64,000 bases of DNA, from the NCBI GenBank assembly GCA_017445585.1, contig JAFSTX010000065.1, forward strand, positions 48,128-112,127, read 5' to 3'. This stretch comes from Lachnospiraceae bacterium. Its GTDB lineage: Bacteria; Bacillota; Clostridia; Lachnospirales; Lachnospiraceae. Numbering within the stretch: the first letter of the stretch is position 1; each line of letters begins with the position of its first letter. The notes beneath the pieces were generated by a model. That model saw only the letters and a program-made list of their open reading frames with translations. It did no database searches and had not been told where the DNA came from. Below, in pieces: positions 19,454 through 28,809 of the stretch. Made by a program: the position numbers and the translations under genes.

Positions 19454-19480
19454 GAAAAAAAGGGGCGCCACAGGCGCCCC
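19454..19480 (-). terminator. Rho-independent terminator
   Basis: Minus strand has GGGGCGCC-TGT-GGCGCCCC followed by TTTTTTTT, 8 nt after the stop at 19488. Confidence 0.75.
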
Positions 19481-19487
19481 GGAAAGA

Positions 19488-20063
19488 TCACATATTGTAA
19501 TCGAGATCGTCCTGCTCGGGAGCTGCGACGGCTCCAAGCTGTCTTCTGTTGGAGTCGACCACCTCAAGGCAGTCGGAAAGCTGCTTCATAAAGCCATTGT
19601 ACCGTGTCTCGGTATTGGTCATGGCATTGCCGAGAAGATTCTGGAGCATCATGAGCTGATTATCGGTGTAGTTGATCGCGCCCTCGCGGATATTCTGCGC
19701 ATCGGAGGCGGCCTGATCGAGGATCTGCTTGGCCTCCGACTGAGCATCGTCGATGATGCGCTGAGCATTCTCGGTAGCTATGCGTGTGATCTCATGCTCG
19801 CTCACGATGAACTCGGTCTGCTTGTTCGCATCGTCGATTATGGTATCTGCCTTGGCCTTCGCATCGGCCAGTATGGCGTCCTTATTGGAGATGATCTTCT
19901 GGTATTTCTTGACCTCCTCCGGAGTCTGCATGCGAAGCTCTACCAGCATCTCGTCCATCACGTCCTTCTCGACAACTATCTTCTTGTTGCCGGAAAAGAC
20001 CTGGGGCTTACAGCTGTCAAGGTACATCTCTATCTCACTGATTAACTGTTCTATCCTGCTCAT
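19488..20063 (-). CDS. Coiled-coil protein of unknown function (V-ATPase subunit G/H-like repeats)
   Basis: 191 aa, A/Q/D/E/K-rich heptad-like sequence ([17 protein letters not shown]...[19 protein letters not shown]). ATGA overlap with coaD. Confidence 0.55.
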   Translation of the reverse strand: MSRIEQLISEIEMYLDSCKPQVFSGNKKIVVEKDVMDEMLVELRMQTPEEVKKYQKIISNKDAILADAKAKADTIIDDANKQTEFIVSEHEITRIATENAQRIIDDAQSEAKQILDQAASDAQNIREGAINYTDNQLMMLQNLLGNAMTNTETRYNGFMKQLSDCLEVVDSNRRQLGAVAAPEQDDLDYNM

Positions 20064-20557
20064 GACTTCTCCTTGCTATACTTTTCTTTGACAAGCGGGA
20101 TGATCTGCTCCGGAAGGAAATCTTCGATCTTGCCGCCGTATGAAGCAACTTCCTTAACTATACTGGAACTCAGATACGCATATCTGATGTTCGTGGTGAG
20201 GAATATGGTATCGATCTTCGGGCACATGATGTTGTTTGTCTGGGCCATCTGAAGCTCATACTCGAAATCCGAAACGGCTCTGAGACCTCTCACCAGGACT
20301 CTGGCTCCTACGGATTTGGCAAATTCCACTGACAGACCCGAGAATGACCTGACTTCCACGTTAGGGATGTCTCCCACTACACATTGAATCATTCTAACAC
20401 GTTCATCCACAGAAAACAACGGATTTTTTGCATTGTTGATAAGCACTGCAACGATGAGCCTGTCAAAGATCGACGAGGCTCTGCGTATGATATCCTCATG
20501 TCCCAGAGTGATGGGGTCAAAGCTTCCCGGATAAAGGCCTATCCTTTCTTCGCTCAT
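20060..20557 (-). CDS. coaD: Phosphopantetheine adenylyltransferase
   Basis: [18 protein letters not shown]...LVRGLR.VSDFEYE.QMA..N. Confidence 0.92.
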   Translation of the reverse strand: MSEERIGLYPGSFDPITLGHEDIIRRASSIFDRLIVAVLINNAKNPLFSVDERVRMIQCVVGDIPNVEVRSFSGLSVEFAKSVGARVLVRGLRAVSDFEYELQMAQTNNIMCPKIDTIFLTTNIRYAYLSSSIVKEVASYGGKIEDFLPEQIIPLVKEKYSKEKS

Positions 20558-21126
20558 TTGTCCTCCTTGTCTGCAAGCCGCAGAAACACATGCTTGTTGG
20601 TCTTGTAGATCTTCTCCCGGACCACGGACAGCCCCGCGCTCACGGCAAAGGAAAAGTCCGTCTCTTTAAGGGCTTCTGCTACAATCAGAGTATCCCTGTC
20701 GGTCAGAGAGCTGCCGGCTATCCATTCCAGCGTCTTCTCGTAATATCCCGCCTCATACGGCGGATCCAAAAAGATAATCCCGAACGGCTTCTTCTCCGAA
20801 TCGAGCCTGCGCAGCGCACTGAATACGTCGCCTTCTATAAGCCTGCCCCGGTCAAAGAGTCTGGTCCTGCGGAGATTCTCCTTGATACAGGCGATGGCAT
20901 CGCGTCCGTTCTCAACAAAGACAGCCTCCGCCGCTCCGCGGCTGAGCGCCTCGATGCCTATACCGCCGCTTCCCGAGAAAAGATCGAGGAAACGCGTGTC
21001 ATAGAGATCGGGGGCGAGGATATTGAAAAGCGTCTCCTTGATGCGGTCCGTAGTGGGTCTGGTAAAATCTCCTCTGGGGGTTACCAGCTGGATCCTCCTT
21101 GCCTTCCCGGCGATCACACGCATCAT
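20554..21126 (-). CDS. rsmD: 16S rRNA (guanine966-N2)-methyltransferase RsmD
   Basis: [28 protein letters not shown], the SAM motif [18 protein letters not shown], and DPPY. Confidence 0.88.
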   Translation of the reverse strand: MMRVIAGKARRIQLVTPRGDFTRPTTDRIKETLFNILAPDLYDTRFLDLFSGSGGIGIEALSRGAAEAVFVENGRDAIACIKENLRRTRLFDRGRLIEGDVFSALRRLDSEKKPFGIIFLDPPYEAGYYEKTLEWIAGSSLTDRDTLIVAEALKETDFSFAVSAGLSVVREKIYKTNKHVFLRLADKEDK

Positions 21127-21127
21127 A

Positions 21128-21439
21128 TCAGATAAACTTTACGGCAGTACCGTACGCCATTACTTCAGCGGCGTTCTGCATTATGCTTGCGCTTGAATAA
21201 CGTACGCCGACTATGGCGTCCGCTCCGAGAGCGCCTGCCTCGTTGACCATGCGCTGGGTTGCCAGATTACGTGCCTTTTCCATCATTTCATTGTACTTTG
21301 TAAGCTCACCGCCGACCAGGGTTTTGAATCCGGCTCCGATGTCTCTGAAAGCGTTGACCGTCTGGATCGTACTGCCCTTAACAAGGCCCAGCATTTCGAG
21401 TTCTTTTCCGTTGATCTTGTTTGTAGTAGTAAGTATCAT
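21128..21439 (-). CDS. YbjQ-family (UPF0145) protein
   Basis: 103 aa. The pattern ...GGE...Y......AR..A..RM...A..LGA.A..G.R....... matches UPF0145. Confidence 0.85.
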   Translation of the reverse strand: MILTTTNKINGKELEMLGLVKGSTIQTVNAFRDIGAGFKTLVGGELTKYNEMMEKARNLATQRMVNEAGALGADAIVGVRYSSASIMQNAAEVMAYGTAVKFI

Positions 21440-21454
21440 GGTATCCTCCTATCT

Positions 21455-24400
21455 TCAGACGGCATGTGAATCTCCGTCATTCTTGATCCTGTATGTCTTG
21501 CCGTCGCTGCTAAGGTAAGTATTCTCAGCAGAATAGGGCTTGAGCTTGCCTGCGGCAATCAGGTCTATCACCACCCTTGAGATGCTCGGGTCAAACTGCG
21601 TACCGGCGCAGCGGGTAAACTCGCCGGTGATCATATCCAGTGAATACGGCTCCTTGTATACACGTTTCGACGCCATGGCATCAAAGCAGTCCGCGCAGCA
21701 GATGATCCTGGCAACGAACGGGATATCGTCTCCGCTGAGCCCTTCGGGATAGCCGGACCCGTCGTACTTCTCGTGGTGGGACTTGGCGCCTTCCACTATA
21801 TGGGGGATAGTTGAGATTCCTTTGAGGATATTCGCTCCGCGCGTCGTGTGGCTCTTCATCACGGCGAACTCGCTGTCGGTCAGTCTGCCGGGCTTGTTCA
21901 GGATGCTGTCAGGGATAGCGATCTTGCCTATATCATGGAGCAGGGCGATATAGTAGATGTTGTCCACCTCATCCGAACTCATCCCCATGTTCTCTGCGAT
22001 GACCCTGGAGTAGTATCCCACTCTGATGGAGTGACCGTTCGTATACTCGTCCTTTGCGTCGATGGTGCGGGCGATAGCCTGGATGGACTCCAGAGTGATG
22101 TTCTTGTACTCGAGCTGGCGCTTTAACGACTGTCTGGTCTTATATCGGATGACCAGGAAAGAGCCTGTAAAGACGGCCGCCGCAGCCAGCACAAAAAGGA
22201 TGCCCCAGAACCACCACTGCTCAAAGATCTTCTTTTCCTTGTCCAGATGGATACTGATTACGTTTGACGACTGACCGTATTCATCTTCAACGTAAATATG
22301 AAAGTCATAGCTTCCGCCGGGAAGGTTCGTATAGTTTATACTTCTGTTATCGTCTGAATAAGCGGTATAATCGTCGTCTACTCCGTCCATCTTGTAATAC
22401 GTCGTATAGCCGTTATTGGGCCGGAATCCGAGGACAGAGTAATTAAAGACGACACGGTATATATCCTGATCGACAGCGATGCTTTCTCCAAAGGACTGCA
22501 TTCCGTCAAGCTCTACTGAAGAAACGGCGATCTTTACGGGTGCGGGCACGTTTCTTGTCAGATTGAAATCGTAGACAAAGATGCCGTTCGTGGACTGGAG
22601 ATAATACTTCTGGCTCTCCTCGTCATAGAATCCGGAGGTGTTCGCTATGACGGGCTGCAGACCGTTCGTTGCATCGTATGATTCGTAATCCGTAAGACGG
22701 TCGCCAGCCAGCGAGTCGGTTATATAGAGCTGTGTCTGGCTGCCTATGACGTATTTGAATTCGGGATTTCCGTCCTTTGTGCCACAGCTGATCTTGGCGA
22801 GCTCGACGATAGAGCCCTTGATATAAGGGATGGCAATCTCCTCTGAGACGCCCAGTCCGTCAGCGGTATTGGTCCTGAACAATCTGCTGTTCAGAGTATA
22901 GTACAGATTATCTCCGTCTACCAGGAATTTCAGGCGGTTTCCTGTAACCTCTTTCTCAGTAGGAATCTCGGTCGCTTCAGTAAAATCGTCGTCTATGACA
23001 AAAAGGCCCTGAGTGCGGTCAAACATGATCTTGCCGTCGTTTGTCTTATTGATGTAGAGGACGTTCGACCCGATGTTCATGATGGAGAACGAGGTACCGT
23101 CAAAACGCATTATGCCTCTTGTGTATCCGAGTACCAGATAATCGTCAAAGTTCCTCATCGAACGGATGGAGGACACCAGAGCGAGATCGGGATCACCGAC
23201 AAGCTTGTCATAATGAGTGCTGATATAATCCTGATCAAAGATCAATACATCTTCCGTAACGGGATCATACTCGATAAGACCAATACCCGAAACGGCAAAA
23301 TATACCTTGTCCCTGAATATCTCGACGTCCTTTGGAGCAAATGAAAACTCGAAATTATTGTCTCCCTGCGCTTTGCCATCACGGGTCTTATCGGCGGCAT
23401 ATTCATTGACAGTCTGCATAATGGAGTTATCCGGCAGTATCTCATTTGTATTAAGGTCATATCTGTAGATCTTTGTAGCTGCAACGATATACAGGATATC
23501 GCCGTACCTCTCAACGGCGTATACGTTTCTGTCAAATGCGGGCGGAGCGCTGAGTGACTGCCAGATCGGATCGTCATACAGAAGCTCCGAAAGAGCGTTC
23601 CTTGTAATAATGGAAACTCCCGACGCACCGATATAATGCGATGCAACCCAGAGGTTACCTTCATAATCAATCATCAGGTCTACAAGCTGGCTCCTGTTTT
23701 CCAGATCGCCCGCAAGTGTGACGACAGGCTCCGGAGAACTCAGATCGACGCAGTAAATGCCGTTCTTCTCACAGGCGACGAACATTATCTGATCAGCCTC
23801 CGAATACAGCATTTTGTTGACCTGATCCGGTATGGTGATATCGCTTATCGCAGATCCTTTTTTCATATCATAGCGGTGAACGATACCCGTATCCTCCGCC
23901 ATAAAAAGTGTGGAACCATAGGAATAGATTTCGATGATCCTTGAATTCTCAAGGATCTGCTTTCCGTCTTTGTCGAAGATTCCCTCATCTATCTGATAGA
24001 AATAATCTCCGCTTTCGAGATTTATCGCAATATCACGGACTATGCCGTTCTCGGTCCCGGAGATATTACTGGCGCTTCCTGCGGCAAGATCATATATCAG
24101 GCCGCCCTTGTCCAGAGTGGAGACATAGAGCAGATCCCTGACATCGTCCAGTATAATGTCGGTAACGACACCGATATCCATAAGAAGCGGCTCGAATTGA
24201 TCGTCCTTATGTACGTATACGTGTTCGGAAGTGGCAATATATAGGGTATTTTCCTTTGAAGCGAGAGCGCGGACATTAATAATGGGACAGACGGCGTCGT
24301 CATATTCGAAGCTCCTGTATGTTACAAATTCACTTGAATCGTAACGCGTCAGACCTGAATACTGAGCTATCCATACGTAGCCGTCATCTGTCTGGCAAAG

Positions 24401-24547
24401 GGCTTCGGCGCCGGAGACCTCAAGCTCCACGGGAATCTCGGTCTTATTGCTCATGTATGAGGCAGCGTGGGATTCCGTCCCGTATGCGGGAAAAACAGAC
24501 GCAATGATCAAACAGGTTATAAAAATACAAAAAATCCGTTTATTCAT
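21455..24547 (-). CDS. Membrane sensor: extracytoplasmic beta-propeller/Y_Y_Y domain + TM + HD-GYP c-di-GMP phosphodiesterase domain
   Basis: Start at MNKRIFCIFITCLIIASVFPAYG (signal peptide). About 830 aa of propeller-like repeats end in a Y_Y_Y-like segment (YYKMDGVDDDYTAY...GSYDFHIYVEDEYG). A TM follows (WWFWGILFVLAAAAVF), then HD-GYP motifs LLHDIGK ... HHEKYDGSGYPEGL. The ORF-track N-terminal extension overlaps the tmRNA palindrome and was trimmed. Confidence 0.85.
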   Translation of the reverse strand: MNKRIFCIFITCLIIASVFPAYGTESHAASYMSNKTEIPVELEVSGAEALCQTDDGYVWIAQYSGLTRYDSSEFVTYRSFEYDDAVCPIINVRALASKENTLYIATSEHVYVHKDDQFEPLLMDIGVVTDIILDDVRDLLYVSTLDKGGLIYDLAAGSASNISGTENGIVRDIAINLESGDYFYQIDEGIFDKDGKQILENSRIIEIYSYGSTLFMAEDTGIVHRYDMKKGSAISDITIPDQVNKMLYSEADQIMFVACEKNGIYCVDLSSPEPVVTLAGDLENRSQLVDLMIDYEGNLWVASHYIGASGVSIITRNALSELLYDDPIWQSLSAPPAFDRNVYAVERYGDILYIVAATKIYRYDLNTNEILPDNSIMQTVNEYAADKTRDGKAQGDNNFEFSFAPKDVEIFRDKVYFAVSGIGLIEYDPVTEDVLIFDQDYISTHYDKLVGDPDLALVSSIRSMRNFDDYLVLGYTRGIMRFDGTSFSIMNIGSNVLYINKTNDGKIMFDRTQGLFVIDDDFTEATEIPTEKEVTGNRLKFLVDGDNLYYTLNSRLFRTNTADGLGVSEEIAIPYIKGSIVELAKISCGTKDGNPEFKYVIGSQTQLYITDSLAGDRLTDYESYDATNGLQPVIANTSGFYDEESQKYYLQSTNGIFVYDFNLTRNVPAPVKIAVSSVELDGMQSFGESIAVDQDIYRVVFNYSVLGFRPNNGYTTYYKMDGVDDDYTAYSDDNRSINYTNLPGGSYDFHIYVEDEYGQSSNVISIHLDKEKKIFEQWWFWGILFVLAAAAVFTGSFLVIRYKTRQSLKRQLEYKNITLESIQAIARTIDAKDEYTNGHSIRVGYYSRVIAENMGMSSDEVDNIYYIALLHDIGKIAIPDSILNKPGRLTDSEFAVMKSHTTRGANILKGISTIPHIVEGAKSHHEKYDGSGYPEGLSGDDIPFVARIICCADCFDAMASKRVYKEPYSLDMITGEFTRCAGTQFDPSISRVVIDLIAAGKLKPYSAENTYLSSDGKTYRIKNDGDSHAV

Positions 24548-24634
24548 ATGATCAGTATTCCCTCTCATGTATAAAACAGTCCACGCGCCGATATGCATGC
24601 AGTCCGAACGATGACTTACCCCATATCCCCGCTC

Positions 24635-24663
24635 ATTGTATATTTTTTCGGTGAATCGGTCAA
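24635..24663 (-). promoter_or_regulatory. Candidate sigma-A promoter of the HD-GYP sensor gene
   Basis: Minus strand has TTGACC (24663-24658), a 17-nt spacer, then TACAAT (24640-24635). Confidence 0.5.
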
Positions 24664-24701
24664 CTGAATCTTTACTGGTGTTTCTGCCCTTTTGCAGCCG
24701 C

Positions 24702-24791
24702 GGCGTTCGACTCCCCCCCAGCTTTCCATACGCAAACAGGCAGGACGCTGTCCTGCCTGTTTGCGTATGGAGCTGAGGGGAGTCGAACCCC
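24702..24791. repeat. Imperfect inverted repeat (arms about 44/42 nt) that duplicates the tmRNA 3' end in inverted orientation
   Basis: Left arm is GGCGTTCGACTCCCCCCCAGCTTTCCATACGCAAACAGGCAGGAC. Reverse complement of the right arm is GGGGTTCGACTCCCCTCAGCTCCATACGCAAACAGGCAGGAC. The inner 19-bp perfect stem also serves as the tmRNA terminator hairpin. Confidence 0.8.
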
Positions 24792-25114
24792 TGTCCGAAA
24801 ACCAATCCGCCAAAATTTCTCCCATTACAGTCGTTCTATTAGAATTCCCTTACCTCATGCCGGACGACAGGCTAAGAGGCTCGGTAGCTTCATAAGATCC
24901 GTTCAGCCCTCAAAGCTTTGGGCTGACAGTGCCTCACAGTTCATGACGCCGCATACCGGTGGTTGTGAGCAGCCCCCGGAGCGACGAGCAGCCATCAGGC
25001 TGCAAGTGCAACTTTGTTGTTTGCGTTTATATTTAGTTTCCGTTTTTATACGCAGTCACGGTCTGCGAATGGCTATTCTGGTATCACGATCCCCGTCGAA
25101 ACCGTTACAACCCC
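24768..25114 (-). ncRNA. ssrA: tmRNA (SsrA), one-piece, about 347 nt. Tag ORF ANNKVALAA-stop at 25024-24995
   Basis: 5' end GGGGTTGTAACGGTTTCGACGGGG, and 3' end GGGGTTCGACTCCCCTCAGCTCCA. The acceptor stem GGGGUUG/CAGCUCC has the G3-U Ala identity pair, and CCA is not encoded. The resume context AAAUAUAAAC-GCA AAC AAC AAA GUU GCA CUU GCA GCC UGA parallels E. coli. Confidence 0.9.
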
Positions 25115-25137
25115 TTTTGCGGCGTCAGCCGCTTATA

Positions 25138-25869
25138 TCATTCCTCTTCCCAGTTGTGCCAGACGTTCTGCACGTCATCGTCATCATCCAGGAAATCGAG
25201 GATACGGTTCATGTTCTTTATATCAGCCTCATCCGTCAGAGTCACATATGTCTGAGGGATCATAGTCACGTCGGCAGACACCATCGGAATGCCCTGCTTT
25301 TCGAGGTTTTCGCGGACAGTGCTGAACTCGTCCGGATCAGTAATGATCTCGTAGGAGTCATCCTCGTCCGAGATATCCTCGGCTCCCGCATCAAGCGCGA
25401 TCATCATCAGATCGTCGAAATCAGTCTCGTATTCCTCCTTGTCGATAATGATCTGTCCCTTCTTGTCAAACATAAAGGAAACGCAGCCCTGGGTTCCGAT
25501 ACTGCCCTGTCCCTTTGTAAACGCGTTGCGGACATTGGACGCGGTACGGTTCTTGTTATCCGTAAGTGTCTCCACGATGATGGCAGTGCCCTTGGGGCCG
25601 TAGCCCTCGTAAGTGGCCACGACGTAGTTCACGTCATTACCATCTCCGGCAGCCTTTTTGATACTGCGGTCGATAGTATCATTGGGCATGTTGTTTGACT
25701 TTGCCTTTGCGATGCAGTCGCGCAGCTTGGAGTTGTTTGCGGGATCGGGCCCGCCTTCCTTTACGGCTACGGCGATCTCACGGCCGATACGGGTAAAGAT
25801 CTTGCCCTTTGCGGCGTCATTCTTTTCTTTCTTGTGCTTGATATTGGCAAATTTTGAATGTCCTGACAT
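25138..25869 (-). CDS. yebC: YebC/PmpR-family transcriptional regulator
   Basis: [42 protein letters not shown] is the family N-terminus. Confidence 0.92.
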   Translation of the reverse strand: MSGHSKFANIKHKKEKNDAAKGKIFTRIGREIAVAVKEGGPDPANNSKLRDCIAKAKSNNMPNDTIDRSIKKAAGDGNDVNYVVATYEGYGPKGTAIIVETLTDNKNRTASNVRNAFTKGQGSIGTQGCVSFMFDKKGQIIIDKEEYETDFDDLMMIALDAGAEDISDEDDSYEIITDPDEFSTVRENLEKQGIPMVSADVTMIPQTYVTLTDEADIKNMNRILDFLDDDDDVQNVWHNWEEE

Positions 25870-26131
25870 ATATATCTCCTGTTATCTGTAATATATTCTC
25901 TGCGTTCTCGGATTGATCCCGCAGACAAACTCATAGCTGAACCTGCAGCAGATGGCGGAGAGCTACTCTGCCGGAACGGTAGCCATGAGAGAATCTCTCT
26001 GGAAATTCCGTATGATTATAGCCTATTCGCGCACCTTTTTCCAGTCTTTTTATAAACGATCCCGCTTTTTATGGAAATCGTCGAATACTCATCAACTTCT
26101 CCCGAGAAATCCGGCGCAGACGCGCCGAAGA

Positions 26132-26761
26132 TCAAAGATTATTTTGAAGTCTGTAGGAAAGCTGCATCAGGCTGTCCGAAAGATGCACGTTCTCCACATA
26201 TGCGTCATCGGGCAGCCGCAGATCCACATGAGCAAAATTCCAGAACGCCCTGATACCGTAGCCGTAGAGTTCCTCGGCGATGTCTTTCGCCTGATCTTTG
26301 GGCACGGTCAGTCCGGCTATTGAGATATCGTTCTCGTCGATAAATCTCTTCAGTTCGCTCATAGGCATGATCGTGATACCGCGAACCACGTCCCCCACCA
26401 GATCGGGGTTATTGTCGAAAATGCCTTTTATATGAAAACTCCGGTTATCGAACTTATCGTACCCTGCTATGGCGCGGCCCAGATTGCCTGCGCCGATCAT
26501 GATCATATTGTGAGGGGTATCGAGTCCGAGGATCTTTGCGATCTCATCCTTGAGGTGCTCGACATTGTAGCCGTAGCCCTGCTGGCCGAAGCCTCCAAAG
26601 CTGTTAAGATCCTGCCTCACCTGCGATGCCGTGGCGTGCATCATGCGGCTCAGCTCCTCAGACGATATCCTCTCCACGCCCTGATCGAGCAGGTCTCTGA
26701 GATATCTGAAATAACGGGGTAATCTTTTAATTACTGCGCTTGAAATCTTCTTTTCGCTCAT
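26132..26761 (-). CDS. rex: Redox-sensing transcriptional repressor Rex
   Basis: IKRLPRYFRYL (winged helix), SSEELS...ASQVRQDL..FG.FGQQGYGY, and the Rossmann motif IGAGNLGRAIA. Confidence 0.9.
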   Translation of the reverse strand: MSEKKISSAVIKRLPRYFRYLRDLLDQGVERISSEELSRMMHATASQVRQDLNSFGGFGQQGYGYNVEHLKDEIAKILGLDTPHNMIMIGAGNLGRAIAGYDKFDNRSFHIKGIFDNNPDLVGDVVRGITIMPMSELKRFIDENDISIAGLTVPKDQAKDIAEELYGYGIRAFWNFAHVDLRLPDDAYVENVHLSDSLMQLSYRLQNNL

Positions 26762-26836
26762 CGCTTGCCTCCAGACCCATAAAAGAATACCATTTCACTT
26801 GATAAAAGTCAAAGGATTTGAGTTTCCGATATGTTA

Positions 26837-26865
26837 TTGCCCAAAACGAAAGCGGGTTATATAAT
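26837..26865 (+). promoter_or_regulatory. Candidate sigma-A promoter of the ABC-F gene
   Basis: TTGCCC (26837-26842), a 17-nt spacer, then TATAAT (26860-26865). A GGAGG SD follows, 6 nt before the ATG at 26884. Confidence 0.55.
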
Positions 26866-26883
26866 ACTTTACCGGAGGTATGT

Positions 26884-28809
26884 ATGCTGCTCGCCTGTCA
26901 TCACTTGTCCAAATCATTCGGAACTGACGTCATCATCCGTGACGCCACTTTTTTAATTGAAGACAAAGAAAAAGCTGCCATTGTGGGAATAAACGGCGCC
27001 GGCAAGACCACTCTCCTCGAGATGATCACCGGTTCTCTGTCACCTGACAGCGGCGAGGTGGTCACCTCACGCGATGCTGTCATCGGATATCTCTCACAGC
27101 ATCAGGGACTCGACTCCTCCGGCACCATATATGACGAAGTCTTCTCATCTAACCGCAGGCTTCTGGATATGGAGAGCGCTCTTCGGGATCTTGAGGAAGC
27201 CATGAAAAGTGCGCCTGAGAGCCGCGCCGCTGCTCTGGCCGATGAATATGCGGCGCTGAATCACAGCTTTGAGCTCATCGGAGGCTATTCCTACCGCAGC
27301 GAAGTGACCGGAGTCCTCAAGGGACTCGGCTTTACAGAGGCAGATTTCGATAAAAGATGCAGCCAGCTTTCCGGCGGTCTCAAGACCAGAATAGCGCTGG
27401 CAAAGCTCCTGCTGCTTCGTCCTGATCTGATCATACTCGACGAGCCCACGAATCATCTCGACATATCATCCGTCAAATGGCTCGAGGACTACCTTCGCTC
27501 CTATCCCGGAGCAGTCCTCATAGTCGCGCATGACAGATATTTCCTTGACCGCATCGCATCAAAGATAATAGAGATAGACAACGGCGCCGTCACCGTCTTT
27601 TCCGGGAACTACACCGACTACGCCATTAAAAAGGAAGCACTCCGCCTCGCAGCTCTCTCAGCATACGAGAATCAGCAGTCATATATTAAACATCAGGAAG
27701 AAGTAATCCGCAAGCTGCACTCATTTAATCGTGAAAAATCCGTAAAACGGGCGAGAAGCCGCGAAAAGATGCTCGAAAAGATGGATGTGCTCGAGCGCCC
27801 CACGCAGGTCAGATCAGATATGAGTCTGAGCTTTTCCACCGGCGGTGTGCGCAGCGGCGATGACGTGCTGACCGTCAAAGATCTGGCCAAAGCCTATGGC
27901 GGCAAGAAGCTCTTTGAGCATGTAGATCTCGATATAAAACGCGGCGAAAGCGTGGCTGTCATTGGTGAAAACGGCACAGGCAAAACCACTCTGCTCAAGA
28001 TCCTGAACGGTCTCGTACCGGCCGATCATGGCACCTTCAGACTCGGTACGAACGTCACCATAGGGTATTACGATCAGGAGCAGCAGCTTCTCTCCAATGA
28101 TAAAAACGTCTTTGACGAGATACAGGATGCGTACCCAAAGATGACGAATACCGAGGTGCGAAATGCCCTCGCACTCTTCCTCTTTACCGGAGACGACGTC
28201 TTCAAACCGGTATCTGCGCTCAGCGGAGGTGAGAGAGGCCGGCTGTCTCTGGCCAAACTGATCCTCTCTCCCTGTAATTTTCTGATACTCGACGAGCCTA
28301 CGAACCATCTCGATATCGTCTCAAAAGAGGTTCTCGAAAACGCACTGGAGACCTACGAAGGCACTCTTCTTTTCGTATCCCACGACAGGTACTTTGTCAG
28401 CAGACTTGCCGGCCGAATAATAGAGCTGGAAGGCAGGCGTTTTATCGACTATCGCGGTGATTACGAGTACTATCTCGAGAAGAAGGAAGCCGCAGCACTG
28501 ATTCCTCAGCGCTTCACTCCTTCCGAAAAGCCTGCCTCTTCATCCAGGGATGACTGGCAAAGAAAGAAAGATCTGGAAGCCGCGCGGCGCAAGCGCGAAA
28601 ATGACATGAAAAAGATCGAAGATGCCATTTCCGGGCTGGAAGCGCGCTGCGAGGAGATAGATACCTTGTTGACAAAGGAAGAAGTATTCACCGATAATAG
28701 CAAGTGCATGGAACTTACCGCCGAACAGAGCGATATCAGAGCACAGATCGACGAGCTCTTCGAGAAATGGAGCGAGCTCGAAGAAACGAAGGATCCGGAG
28801 GGATTATGA
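26884..28809 (+). CDS. ABC-F family ATPase (two ABC domains, no TM; YdiF/Uup-like, C-terminal coiled coil)
   Basis: Two Walker A motifs (GINGAGKTT, GENGTGKTT), two signature motifs (LSGGLKTR, LSGGERGR), an inter-domain linker and a K/E-rich C-terminal extension. Start at MLLACHHLSKSFG, which has the SD. Confidence 0.88.
   Translation: MLLACHHLSKSFGTDVIIRDATFLIEDKEKAAIVGINGAGKTTLLEMITGSLSPDSGEVVTSRDAVIGYLSQHQGLDSSGTIYDEVFSSNRRLLDMESALRDLEEAMKSAPESRAAALADEYAALNHSFELIGGYSYRSEVTGVLKGLGFTEADFDKRCSQLSGGLKTRIALAKLLLLRPDLIILDEPTNHLDISSVKWLEDYLRSYPGAVLIVAHDRYFLDRIASKIIEIDNGAVTVFSGNYTDYAIKKEALRLAALSAYENQQSYIKHQEEVIRKLHSFNREKSVKRARSREKMLEKMDVLERPTQVRSDMSLSFSTGGVRSGDDVLTVKDLAKAYGGKKLFEHVDLDIKRGESVAVIGENGTGKTTLLKILNGLVPADHGTFRLGTNVTIGYYDQEQQLLSNDKNVFDEIQDAYPKMTNTEVRNALALFLFTGDDVFKPVSALSGGERGRLSLAKLILSPCNFLILDEPTNHLDIVSKEVLENALETYEGTLLFVSHDRYFVSRLAGRIIELEGRRFIDYRGDYEYYLEKKEAAALIPQRFTPSEKPASSSRDDWQRKKDLEAARRKRENDMKKIEDAISGLEARCEEIDTLLTKEEVFTDNSKCMELTAEQSDIRAQIDELFEKWSELEETKDPEGL

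Noticed and set aside
24548-24805. 86-codon N-terminal extension of the HD-GYP sensor ORF in the ORF track
   Set aside because: The extension runs through the tmRNA 3' end and terminator palindrome. A signal-peptide start (MNKRIF...) and a TTGACC-17-TACAAT promoter lie downstream of it.
24548-25137. Prophage or genomic island integrated at ssrA
   Set aside because: No integrase or phage-like gene flanks the tmRNA. The neighbours are yebC and a chromosomal-looking sensor with its own promoter. Only the inverted 3'-end copy remains, and it is reported as a finding.
26799-26812. Rex operator in the rex/ABC-F divergent region (TTGATAAAAGTCAA)
   Set aside because: This is only a loose TTGA-N6-TCAA palindrome. 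It does not match the longer TTGTGAA-N-TTCACAA-type Rex box well enough to call.
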